In this document: positions 1 through 11,501 of the stretch, in pieces
Layout of the letters: each line of letters starts with the position of its first letter
Position numbering within the stretch: position 1 is the first letter of the stretch
DNA from: Harriotta raleighana
Lineage: Eukaryota
Assembly (NCBI GenBank): GCA_050575255.1
Contig: JBNZDD010013640.1
Span: 2,282,834-2,346,833, forward strand
Reading direction: 5' to 3'
Length of the DNA: 64,000 nucleotides
Translations under genes and position numbers: made by a program
The notes under the pieces: generated by a model
The model's database searches: none
What the model was told of the DNA's origin: nothing
The model's input: the letters and a program-made list of their open reading frames with translations, nothing else

Positions 1-224
1 ACTATATCTAATAATTTGCCTCAAAATCATTTTTAAATGTTGTTCTTTGCACATCATCAATGCATTTGGCATGTTTGAGTGACGTTGATAATGTAGCACC
101 AATTTGTGCAAGGTTCAAAAGTTATTTTGTGCAGTTTTCTCACCAGGAACTGGATTCATATTGTCCAATATCATATTAGTGGGATTACAACAGCCAAGCA
201 AAGAGTGGAGACAATAACAGTATA

Positions 225-561
225 TAATAATAATCCTTGCATTTGATATAGCGCTTTTCACATTTTATCAACGTCCCAAAGCGCTTCACAGAATATACTG
301 TAAAGTGAATTGACTGTATATTTGTGGGCGGAACGCGGCAGCCAATTGCGCACAGCAGCATTTCCCCCCCCCCCCACAAACAGTCGTGGATTGAAATGAC
401 CAATTTTATTATTGTGTTTTTTTTGGAGGGATTATTATTAGGCATGTGGAGTAAGGAAACTTGCCCAAGGTTTCGCCCTGATCTGCCTGGATTCGAACAC
501 AGGTCTCATGCTTGTAAGGCATGTAAGGCGAGTGCTCTAACCACTGAGCCACAGGAGCTCC
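225..561 (-). mobile_element. Young tRNA-headed SINE, full length (tRNA head + partial Deu-like body + L2-type tail ending in (TTA)n)
   Basis: The reverse strand reads GGAGCTCCTGTGGCTCAGTGGTTAGAGCAC (A box)...TTCGAATCC (B box)...tgtttgtggg..tgctgtgcgcaattggctgccgcg...gaaaagcgctatatcaaatgcaaggattattatt. It is homologous to many other copies in the window. Confidence 0.9.
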
Positions 562-3029
562 ACAACATAGACATGTATAGCCACAGAAAAACACCATTAT
601 GATCCATCTGGCAGCTCCAGAAGCTTTCAGCGTTCATATTTTCATTCCATTAGTCTGATCTGGATTTAAATCCTGATCCCAGAGGTGATCAAATATTCAC
701 TGAACCACCCATTCTCCGCCCAGGGCATTTTTTAAGTTTAAAAGACATTAACAATTTTAGCAAAGTAAAAAAACAATAAGCAATCAAAATGATTCATGTC
801 AACCAAATCACAATATCAATCTCCATATGATCTGAACTGCTGGTGAAAGAGTTAATGAGCGGATTCTTTAAAAAATGTTTCAATCAAAAGATGTAAACAT
901 TAACTGTTGGAAATTCCTTTGGTAAAATCAGAATCCACTGAATTTTGTTCTATCCCCGCCTCCTTTAAAGGAATAATGTTTCGGGGTGTAGCTTGTAGCC
1001 TCGGGATGGGAATGAGAAGCACAGTATTGAGTGAAGTTTTAAACGGGATAAATTTTTGTAATTTTTAAAATTTATATGATAAAACAAACCCTGCACTTGG
1101 GATTCTACCTGCTAATAATTTGAATTTGGCTTGGATCTCTCTGAAGCAAATGTTTCAGTAAGAAAATCACTGTGAGTGGCTCAGATCATGTCAAATTAAT
1201 TTTAATGATCCAGTCACTAATCAAAGAGGACCAATGTAATTTTTCTGCCAATTTTACCATCCTGTAGCTTTTAGGTACAATTTCAGTGAATTGCCTCAAT
1301 TCCGATGATAAAAGTCAACTGGCATTCTCTGATGTGTGCTGGCTAGTCTCTAGAGTATCAGCAAAGAAACCCTGTCTTATATAAAATCATATCCTGTTTG
1401 CAAACATCATATTCCCTCAGCTACCAACTAATCTAGATACATTAACCCGAGCCAACCTAAGAGCCCATTTCTCATACAATGTCACGGATAGGACCCTTTT
1501 ATATTTTTATGACCCTGTCAAAAAATAATATTTGCTGCCATTGGTGATGATGTGAATTGCCTCCTCTGAGCCGTGCAAAGGAGGAGAAGTCTGTTATCAA
1601 TTTTGCTAAGCGTGCCTAGAGAATTGCGGATTGTTTAAGATCCAAGCTTTGAATGACAACAAACGCTGCAAAGTCTTTTGAAGCAGCGCAGCTGATGATG
1701 GCACCATCATAAAAGTCAGTCAGTTTCTTATTGCAGCTTTTTTTTTTTTTTGGTTGCGCCCATCAAGCAGATTAAAGGCTGTGAATATTAAAAAAGAATT
1801 GATACAGAGCGGGAGATCAGCAGAATTCCCAGTAGTTTGAACTATGCTATTCAAGATTTTTTGAATAGCTCTGTCGTTTTGGGTAGTTCTCTTATTCCAC
1901 GGATCTATTTTAGTCTGGTACAACCTAATTGATCAATTACAAAGTGGTGTCTAAAACAAGCAAATCATTGGTGAAAATGTTTTGGTTTTCTAACATGATT
2001 TCATGTTCGTTGAAGCTCTAAGGATTTGAAAGCCTTTTCTCCTTCAGACGATGCATGGCTCTGTTTCAGCACAAACTGTGGCCTCTAATCTAGAAATTAG
2101 GGTTGTTACGATTTTGGCATCAATAACCACTCTACAAATATTCAAGCTGCAGTTAGTACGACTCAAACCCACAGGCATTGGAATGGGTTGAAGTAGTCAT
2201 AAATTGCTGTTATAGTGGCAATTGTGAATCGTTTCAGCTACAGACCAATTCCGAAATCTTGCAACAGTAATAGTCTTATATATAGTATTTGCAGCATAAC
2301 CAAACAACAGTTATTCCTATTAATCTTCAGATACAAGCTTTAGCAGCAGTAATATCTACACAGAATGATGAAGCTACAGAAGATGTATTTGACTATATTC
2401 GTTACTACATTCATTGAAATATTCATTACACCATTCCCTATTGTTAGTAATTTTAGCTTATTATATTACTCTCATTATAGAAGTTTGGTAAAACAATATC
2501 TAGAAGACAAAACGAATACCCTAGAAGTTTTATTATATCTTTTACTTCAGGATGAGTCACTAAGCTTTCTTTTTCTTGCTGTTGTAAGATATATAACAAG
2601 ACAAATATTTCCACTAGTTTGTAAATCATCCGCACAATGACTGTTACTTCCTGTTTGGTGAGTGGTGAGGTCAGCCCTCCAGTCCTAGTTAAAAAAGTCT
2701 AGGAAAGCTTTACTTTACAACATGTTTTTTTGATCACTAAGACCAGAGGCTTCCTTAAGATTTAATGTAGGAGGATATTTGAAAAGACTAATAGAAGAGG
2801 CAGCACAAAGTGTCAAATATAGGGTGCACAAGTGATGCTTTTTCCATCTGGGGGCTAAACATTCATGAATGTTGCTGAGTGACTCGCTGCGTAAGCAGTG
2901 TTTTGCTTGAGGAGTTAGGGGAATTCACCAGCTGCCAGGCTTTAATGAAAGGCTGACTAAGACTAATACAGTGCACAAAACTGGTAAAAAGAAATCTTTA
3001 GAACATCCAATAATAAAAGTTATACTTAC

Positions 3030-3079
3030 TCCAAGACCCCCACAGGGGAGAGCAGCAAAGAAATTTTGCGTGACAGATC
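3030..3079 (-). CDS. HDAC9: HDAC9 coding exon (approx. exon 16), 50 nt: (G)SVTQNFFAALPCGGLG
   Basis: Acceptor ttttcctccctcacctag, donor gtaagt, phase 1-0. LPCGG carries the fourth structural zinc ligand. Confidence 0.94.
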
Positions 3080-3714
3080 CTAGGTGAGGGAGGAAAAGAG
3101 TAATTAGAGTTTCAATTACCATGCCTTGAGTTTTGCATTCTTTCAATTTGCCAAATTCCTTGTCCTAAGCAGAGGACCCATAATGGAAGAGCAAGGGAGA
3201 GATGTAGAGGATACAAGCATCATTCACACTCACAAAATGCACAAGAGCATTCTGTGTCAGGTTATCACAGAACATTCACAGTTCATTCCACATTTACCCT
3301 TCAATTATTATGTTTAAGGTCCAAATTACATTTCTTTTTTTTCCAAATTTGGGAGCATTTTTAAAGTGATGCAACTTTCTATGAAGGCTACAGAATAGGG
3401 CAACAATGTTAACATTTGGGTTATGGTTTGCGTAATATATGAAGCTTTATATGCCTTTTGATTTAGTCATTTAGCAAGTCACTTTCAGGACATGAATCTG
3501 GGTACTTGATTTGTCAGTAACATTTTTATACTGTCATAGATCTATGGCTGAATCCAATTGACATTATATGTTAGTCAATGAGCGATTGTAATGGAAAAAA
3601 TCCATTGCCAGCAAATATGGCCAAAGCCAAAGGAATTTCAACCATTAGATCACAACGAGCATGATCCCCAGCATTAGAGAGAGAAACTGAGAGGAACAGT
3701 TAGATATTAGGGTT

Positions 3715-4060
3715 CTTCGCTCTTGAAAATAGGAATCTCAAAGGGAATTTATGGAGGCACATATCTTGCTAAATAAGATTTAGAAATGAAACACAAAACC
3801 CTACTTTTATGTATCAAGGCAGCAGAGCAGTGCAAAAGGGCATAGGTTCAGAGTTGCAAAGGGCAAATTTAGGACAGGCACCAGAAAGTATTTCTTTCCC
3901 CAGAAGGGATTTTTAATATCTGGAACAAGGAAGGGTGGTTGAAGTCAAGATGCTGGTCTTTATTTAAGAAACATCTTGAGGCTGTCATAGGATGAGTATG
4001 ATTAAAGGATAAGATCAAATGAATCAAAGGGACTTCATCTGAACCTCTCTTGTCATCTTG
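3715..4060 (+). mobile_element. CR1 LINE 3' fragment
   Basis: aagggcataggttcagagttgcaaagggcaaatttaggacaggcaccagaaagtatttcttt (GHRFRVAKGKFRTGTRKYFF-like), then tggaac..ggtggttgaag..tttaagaaacatcttg. Confidence 0.75.
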
Positions 4061-4654
4061 TGAAATAAAATAACTATGGAAATAAACACCCTATCACAAC
4101 ATTGGGAATTTCAGTTACACTCAAGAACACAGTTTATCATTGTAATTGTTGTCTCACTGCCTTGTGTGCTAATTCTGAACATTGCTTTTGGAACTGTTTG
4201 AAAACCTTTCACTTTGTCATGTTGGTACTTAAACAGATTTTACAATTGCCCTTTGCTCAATTGACTCTTGATTAAAGAGCATGACTGGGGTCAGCAGTCT
4301 ATTACGAGAAATTCTTCCAGATACCAAAGGATGTATCACGACTGTTTGCCTTACCAATTGGATATGCCTTGAGTCAAAACACTCATTGATTTGGCAACCT
4401 CCTTCAACCCCCAAGATATGCATGCATTCTAATTCACTTGCTCAGCTCAATCATAAAGCCTATCTTGAACACATTTTTTCCTCATGCATGGAGGTAAATC
4501 CAAAGTAAATGTGAAGTTTACTTCGACTAAAATTATACTAGAGGGAGAATTTGCTTTCAACCTTTAACATGGTTGATTGCTAGTCTGTCATATTCATTCT
4601 TTACTTCTGAAAAGTTTTGCCCTTGGTAGCAAAATAGGAAAAAAGGATCACGAA

Positions 4655-4845
4655 GGGACCAATCAGACCGTCAAGCCTGTTCCACTAGTTTGTCTTGGCA
4701 GATCTTTAATCTCAATGTGCAACCTTTTAGCCATGTCCCTTTATATCTTTACTAACCCAAATATCTGTCTCTCTTTTAAACATCCTTATTGATTCTGACT
4801 CTATAACCTTCTGGGACAGAGCATTTCACATTCTTTTGACTCTGA
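4655..4845 (-). mobile_element. CR1 3' end fragment
   Basis: gggaccaatcagaccgtcaagcctgttcc...atctgtctctcttttaaacatcc..tgactctataaccttctgggacagagcatttcaca. Confidence 0.6.
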
Positions 4846-5310
4846 TTTCAAACGGCAATATTTAATGGAGATCAACTATTGTGTTTATTTATAGGTGCGT
4901 TACCATGAAGTGGGGGACAATACTGATAATTGTACCAATAACAAGGTCTAAATTGTGATGATTTGTTGCAAGTTTCCTACATAATGATCCAAGTCATCAA
5001 TAGGGATTCTGTCTGATATCAGGAAGCAATGATGCTGACTCACAGAAGTCTGCTCTGAAGCGATCTTCTTCTGAAATGTGAAAATCAAATTCCGAGAGAA
5101 TTAGTTCTGTGTCTTAATATGATGAGTTGTATTGTTTGTTAGACTTTACCCAAAGCAAAAGCAAAAAATGGAACATTGTTACTAAAAATGTGATAAATAT
5201 GTTGGAAAACATGACAACTCAACACACTACTTCCCAAGTGCATTAAAGCTGTACATTGATAGATGACCATAGTGAAATGTATTGTGCTCTCAGGAACCAG
5301 GATTACTAAC

Positions 5311-5431
5311 CAAGCAATTTCCTTGTGTCCAGCTTTTGCCTGTTGAGGGGATTGGTACCAAAGAGCAGTGAGTGATATTCAGAATGAATCATCTGTAATT
5401 CTTCCAAGGTGGCTTTCCGCCCTCGAATGCG
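5311..5431 (-). CDS. HDAC9: HDAC9 coding exon (approx. exon 15), 121 nt: [40 protein letters not shown](G)
   Basis: Read by hand. Acceptor tgtcttcttttag, donor gttagt, phase 0-1. Conserved [20 protein letters not shown]. Confidence 0.95.
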
Positions 5432-5589
5432 CTAAAAGAAGACAAAATTGTGTGTCAATGTTTTCATGTAGTTGTGAAGTCATTTGTAATTCTTACTCCC
5501 AATTTCTCCAATTGTTTCTCCCTCTGATGCCCAAGGTACACACTCGTACGATTGCAAGTATAATTCTGGACTAAGATTCCTCAAGTATT

Positions 5590-5915
5590 GGTTGTTTGCT
5601 GGTATTTCATTAAGATGAGGGCATGTTGAGGCTTGGCTTGCAAGATATTGGAGCTTGGCATGGATGGAGGTCGGGGGGGGGGTTAATAAATCCAGGAGCA
5701 TCGTGATGAAATCTCAAGAGTGGAGCTGGGAAGGCCGGTGAAGAGAGCATTGGAAACTTGTATTGTTGAGGTGTTTGGAAGGGTTTCTGCAGCAATGGGG
5801 GTGAGGAAAGGATGTTAAACAGACGGTTGTGGCTTTGGACTGACCATAGAGCACACAACTTGACTCAGCCTGAATGAGCTGACCAGTTGATGGAATCAGA
5901 GCCAGGGCCACATTG
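5590..5915 (-). mobile_element. Degenerate L2 LINE ORF2 fragment
   Basis: The minus strand contains tccaatgctctcttcaccggccttcccagctccactctt (SNALFTGLPSSTL) and ttgctgcagaaaccc, typical of the L2 ORF2 C-terminal region. Confidence 0.6.
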
Positions 5916-6204
5916 GTGATGGAGAAAACTAAACAAAATAAATGACTAAATGAAACCCACTAATGTGGTAATGACATTAGCTTTAACCTTTGCCAACAAT
6001 ATGGTTAGAAAAAAAAGTGTACACATTAAATCATTTCCAAAGAAATCTTCCAAATAGTGAGGAAGCCTTTTATGTTTAGTTTGGCATAATATGGCATAAG
6101 TTCCCCTATTAAAGAATCAGATCTAACCAAGAAAACATTGTTTTAATAAATGTTGGAAAACTCCGAGATTTTAGAGTGATCAATTATTACATCAACCAGC
6201 CCTT

Positions 6205-6310
6205 TTCACAAAATTATCCACTGTTGTAAATTGAACAAAATTTCTCTTTCACAAAATTATCCACTGCTGTAAATTTCACAAAATTTCTCCTTCACAAAAT
6301 TATCCACTGT
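6205..6310. repeat. Tandem repeat, 43-bp unit x approx. 2.5
   Basis: ttcacaaaattatccactg starts at 6205, 6248 and 6291. Confidence 0.9.
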
Positions 6311-7411
6311 ACATTTTATTTCATATTGCTCAAGAGCAGAATTTAAAAAAAAATATAGCTCAAACACTTTGGAATTAAACCAAGTCACATTAACTATGTT
6401 TTGCCAACAAAATACAGTCACTGCACTTTACAGTATATCCCATGAAGCACTTTGAGATATTTTCCCAACATGAAATGTGCTCTACTAAATGTGACATTTG
6501 TTATTATCAACAATGTTGGTAAAAAAAATAGTTTAAGAGATGACAATCCGTCTCTTGTTCAGGCAACACATCTGATGAAGGTTTAATTGATGGAGGTTTC
6601 AGTTGCTCATTTGTTAAAGTCACTGTTGTAGGTTAAGTTCAACACAGCTGAACTGGGGAGGGTAAGGTTAGTTTGGGTGTCTGCTCCCAATTCCAGTGAC
6701 CTTTCCTGGAATACATGCAAAAGATGGGATGTCAGGTGAGGATCAGGCTAGGTTATGATCCTACAGAGTCAAACATTATGTGAACATGTATTGCTTAGAC
6801 TCAGAATCCAGGTTATGAGTTACCACCTGGCATGAAGAATGCTATATAAATGCAAGTTGTTGTTATTGTATTGCTGGTCACTTTGGAACTAAAAACCCAG
6901 CCAAAGTCAGTGCAAGTAATATGGTCAAGCTTTGTTTCTATTAATTCTATTGAAATGCTCCACTTCTCTTATGTATTATAGAACATCTTTTTATTCCACA
7001 ATATTTTAAACATGCAGATGAAATGTCTAGAGGTCTTTGAATAATAATGACCAGTGATTGGCCTCTGGTATTGTTCTCACATTTCATCAGGCTTCACATT
7101 GCCCCTGAAATTCAGGAAAATCTTTAATATAGTCGTGGGAAGCCTGTTTTGTGCTTTTTTTGTCAGACACTGGCCTGAAAATAACTATTGCATTTTAAAG
7201 TTACAAAGCATTCTTGGAGTCAAAAAATGTAATCTTGCTTTTTAAAAACAAAAATCAAATTCACGGTGGAAAGCCTGGGAACTATCAACTTTCCCAAGTC
7301 AGAGCGTGTTCAATCCCAAACGAATCATTAAACATAATTACTAGTTGATAAAACATTACTTAATTGTATCTGGTGAGAATTAAGAAAGTGAAATCATTAA
7401 AGTCCTGCACA

Positions 7412-7779
7412 TTTGATGTCTCAAAATACTTCATAGAATTTGCTCTAAGGTGCATTGACTGTATTTCTAGGTAATTTTGTGCACAACACTGTCCCATAAA
7501 GAGCCATGAAGTGAGTGACCAATTTTATCTGGGGGATTGTTGACCAGGAGAGACTCCCTTCACTTTTCAAATAGTGTCATGGGAGCATAACGTTCAAGTG
7601 AACAAGCAGACAGGGCATTATTGCCTCTGGAAAGCAATCGTGTTCCTTCTTACTGCTAGGTACACAGAGGCGTGTGGTGTAAGGAAACTTATCTAAGTGT
7701 TTGTCATGCCCAGGAATCGAACCCAGGTCCACTTGCTTGCGAATCAAGTGCTCTAACCGATACATACTACAGGTCTCCA
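7412..7779 (-). mobile_element. Long-form tRNA SINE (same head, with extra middle segment and longer Deu-like body)
   Basis: Head at 7680-7779 resembles the young SINE. It is followed by cccatgacactatttgaaaagtgaagggagtctctcc (Deu-like) and the shared tail. Confidence 0.75.
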
Positions 7780-7955
7780 CTTTTGGATGGAAAGAATTTA
7801 CATGTAATAGTAGATAACAGCTCTTCCCTTAAAACACTAAAGTGTAAGCACTGGCACCTGGAAGGATGTGTAAAAATATCTATCAGAAATCTTGTTCTGA
7901 GAATTTCTCACTTCAGCATGCAGAAACTAGAAACGCATTGGAAATCCAACCTTAC

Positions 7956-8089
7956 CTCACAGTTGTTGAGCAATCCTGTTTCCTGAAGCCTGGACCAGAT
8001 GCTCTGTACCCTTCCAGCATGCTCGGGATGGTTGCTGAAGTTACCACAGATGCACTGGTGTTTAAGCATGATAGTGTCATAGACTACCC
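7956..8089 (-). CDS. HDAC9: HDAC9 coding exon (approx. exon 14), 134 nt, start of the deacetylase domain: (G)[44 protein letters not shown]
   Basis: Acceptor tcctactccag, donor gtaagg, phase 1-0. Contains the class IIa structural-zinc ligands C-x-C and H and the HPEHAGR motif. Confidence 0.97.
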
Positions 8090-8989
8090 CTGGAGTAGGA
8101 CATAGGCAAAAAGGACAAAGACAAGAAGAATGTAGACAATTTTGAATCAAACACAGACTGATTCAAAAAGCAAGCAGATAACAGCTGATGAGAGGTGCCT
8201 CTCACGGTGAAGATTAACCACTTTGCTGCAGCAGTACTCACAATTTTATTAAGTTCATCAAGTTATTTACCCTTTACAGGAATTGGTCGGCGTGAGTTGC
8301 AATGGAATTTTTCCCACTACGAGTGAATGCCACCAACATAGTTGGTGATTCACTCAGATATTGGTGGCAATTGCTTTAATGATTAAAATGTGCAGAGCTT
8401 TAAAATGCATTCGCCAAACACCATAAATTTCACCCCTTAGTTACTGGAAAAAATGGTTATCTCATATTGAAATGAAGCACTTAAAATTTTGCTGAAAACA
8501 GTGTTGTTTCTTGTCCTTTTTAAGATCAACCAATTCTTTAAAGTCAATGGATTCTATTACATTAACAGCAGAACACAACTGGTAATGGGTCATAGAAGTT
8601 ACTACCAATAAAAAAAATCTTAACTTGCAAACAGACAACTTGCAATTTGGTTACTATTCCCACAGCCATATACGCTCTGTAATAGCGAAATCTGGACTTG
8701 AGAATGTTGTATAAATTCTGCATTTTCCAACAAAACTAACTCTTTAGCAATCTAAACGTAGATTGATTGGGAATTTAAATGTTGGATTTATCATGATTGA
8801 GCACTTTTTTGACTGAGAAAAGGCTACAAGATTGGTGAATAGTGCAGGAAAGTGTCCCTTTTTGTTTTTTTTTAGCAACTTTAGGATTCCAATGTTCGCA
8901 TTTTGGGGTATTTATGCATCTCAAAATCATGAATTGAGAACCAGAACTAACACAGAAATATCACATTAACGCACTGCTGTTATTTCCTA

Positions 8990-9190
8990 GCAAGCTGGAA
9001 TGCCTACCAAGCATGTGGTTGAGGATTGATTTGATATTAGCTTTCAAATGGTAACTAAATAGGTATCTAAAAAGAAGTAAAGTACAGATGTAAAGGCAGA
9101 TTAATTAGACTGAAATGATAGCTAGCATAATAAGGGTAAGCACAGATACAATAGGCCTTCTGTAGTGTTGTGAATTTCTATGGTTCTAAG
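8990..9190 (+). mobile_element. CR1 3' end fragment
   Basis: tggaatgcctacc..gtggttgagg..gctttcaaatggtaactaaataggtatct...gcacagatacaataggcc..tttctatggttcta. Confidence 0.6.
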
Positions 9191-10811
9191 CTCTGTCTTA
9201 GACTCTGGGAGTCCTGACATCAGTGGAACGATAAGATAGATCCAGAAGTGGAACACCCTTTGACTTACCTGATCTCATCCTTACAGAAAAGCTACTCTAC
9301 AGTCCTCCCACCACAGCATCAAGATGCTTTTAAAAGTAAGCCCTGGCCTTAACCACCCTTTCTGGTAACTTATTCCAGTTCTTAACTTCCTTCTGGGATG
9401 TACTTCCTTGTTTCTGTCCTGGAATTGCCATTTGAAACCCTAAACTGATGTTTGCTTCATCTGCTGTCTCAGTGCATCTGAACATATTATTCTGGGTTTA
9501 CTTTCTCAATCCCCCTTTTCAGAAAAAAAAGATATCTTAATGAAGTTCCCCTTTTGAGAGTGAGACTTCTTGTTTCAATACTAAATCATTTAAATCAATT
9601 ATGAGTTCAGATCTGAACCACAAATCTCAAAAGAGAGATACATGCACACAGACATGTAGAAAATCAATAATTTAGGTAAAGTTAGCAGAGAGTAGCAGAC
9701 TGTTTAAGCATGCCTTGAATGGATTCTTAGGCCTATTTGATCACCAAGAAAACATAAAACACACATATAGATAGCACCTCTATCAATAAACAAATGGGTG
9801 GACACATTCAACAGATCCACAGCTGCAATACGCACCTACAAGCAGAGAAAATGGGCCAAACCAGAGATGAGACAGAGTTGGACAGACAAATTAATACAAA
9901 ATGAAACCAAATTGAAGCATTAATAGAAAGAACACATACCTTCTAGGAATTCCCTTCAGCCACTGACACAGAATGCAAAATTACATCAAAATGTACTAAT
10001 GTTTGGCAGTACACATGTGCAGAATGGGTTATTGAAGTAAATCATGCCACACTACATGCACACCTCCTCAATTTATTCAATGAAACATGCAATACAATTG
10101 TTTTCCCCTGAGCTGGCAGAAAAGTGATTTTAGACAACTATTCCCACAGCACATCCTCTGTAATGAAAAAATATCAGAAATAGAAAATCATAAGAACTGT
10201 ATAGTTATCTTTAAATTAATCCAAGGGAGACAAACAAAGATTAATTTCAAATGAAAATTCCATTTAAAACTAAGCTGAATTTAGAGCAAAAAATTGCATC
10301 AACAAGTGATGCTTTTTAACTCTCAAAAGATCTACTCTCACTGTATGGTATTATTTCTTTCAGCTTTATCCCAATTATTATTATTCTCAATTGGAATTAT
10401 GCTTTTTTTTCCCCGCATGTCTAGTTAATACAAAATTACCCATTTAAATTCTGTTCATATTTCCTTTATATTGACTCAATGTTTCTTGCATTGGTAATTT
10501 CCTCTCTCCTATGATTATTACTTGCCTGGTTGTGTATGTGTGCGCATATGTGGGGTGGGGTGTGCTGGTAGTCAAGTGATAATCAACCCTGAGTTTAATA
10601 TTGTCTGATTTTTTAAAATCAATATATCAATTATAACATGCTGCTTTTTCCCTTCTTCTATGTGTATACGTGAAGATTATGTACTGCTAATGAAAATCTG
10701 AAGGCAAATATGGAACTAAGGTCCTTGTTAATAATAATTTTCCAGATCTGGTAAATCATAGTGTTCTGCAATTTGTCACCACGATGTTTGGCAGAAAGAT
10801 TTACCCCTTGG

Positions 10812-10913
10812 CAGATCAGGAAAAGCTTTGTGAATCGGGCCCTAAGGTTAACTGATTAGGAAAAACTTTGCGAAAAAGGTCCTAAGGTTAACAGATCAGG
10901 GAAAGCTTTGTGA
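10812..10913. repeat. Tandem repeat, 40-bp unit x approx. 2.5
   Basis: cagatcagg/ctgattagg..aaagctttgtga..cctaaggttaa units start at 10812, 10852 and 10892. Confidence 0.85.
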
Positions 10914-11263
10914 CTAGAGTTCCTGGTGGTGGCCATCGTGTAAAGCCTTCTTGACATGCCTCAACTCTTCCTTCATCATCTATCTACAGATAGAAAGGCC
11001 TCTGTCTACCAGTGATCCCATGACCCCAGTCTCTGCTGACTCCTGGTGACTGGACAGGACAAGTAAATGTGAGCAATGGTCAGAAAGGAAGGATCCTCCC
11101 ACTCACTAAGAATTTGACAGATTGAACTGTTTCTTTTCATTGTTAGAAGACAGAGTACCTAATTCTGTGATAAACCTAATGGGTGTAAAAAAGCTGCTCA
11201 CTGTATTCTGGATCGTCCTCCCGATGTGAAAGGTGCTGTAAACTAATTTTGTTGTTGTTAAAT

Positions 11264-11501
11264 CAGTGGTAGCCAAACTTTATAGTCGGCGAATAAAATG
11301 CATTTTCTTGTTTGAATATTTTTCAAATTAAACCAATCGGGAAATAGTGTCAAGATAAAACTGAAAACACACTACTGATTGAACACGTACATACCTAGAC
11401 TAGTGGGAATGTTCAAGGGGGAAGCGGGGTGGGGCAATGGATGCTTCTTGACAGCCCCAGAAGCTGGAAGTGGTCTGTGGGCAGTAGGTGGGCGACCATT
11501 G
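11264..11501. mobile_element. Non-autonomous hAT (Charlie-like) MITE, 238 bp
   Basis: Imperfect TIRs cagtggtagccaaact / aggtgggcgaccattg (12/16). Flanks tgttaaat and gtctaaat form a degenerate 8-bp TSD close to the Charlie NTCTAGAN preference. Confidence 0.65.

Noticed and set aside
600-660. Minus strand contains tgg aat gaa (WNE) and tct gga gct gcc aga (SGAAR), reminiscent of the next HDAC9 exon (VDSDTIWNELHSSGAARMAV)
   Set aside because: The two motifs are in different frames and 19 nt apart instead of 9, there is an in-frame stop just before WNE, and there is no VDSDT or MAVG. Treated as coincidence; the real exon presumably lies left of the window.
6205-6310. Regularly spaced repeats resembling a CRISPR array
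   Set aside because: The 'spacers' are near-identical to each other, there are only 2.5 units, the context is a vertebrate intron, and there are no cas genes. It is a minisatellite.
8260-8440. Possible ancient MITE-like remnants ending in aatttcacccc (similar at approx. 10730-10807, 12170-12375, 21290-21426)
   Set aside because: Too degenerate to define TIRs or TSDs by eye; needs a repeat-library search.
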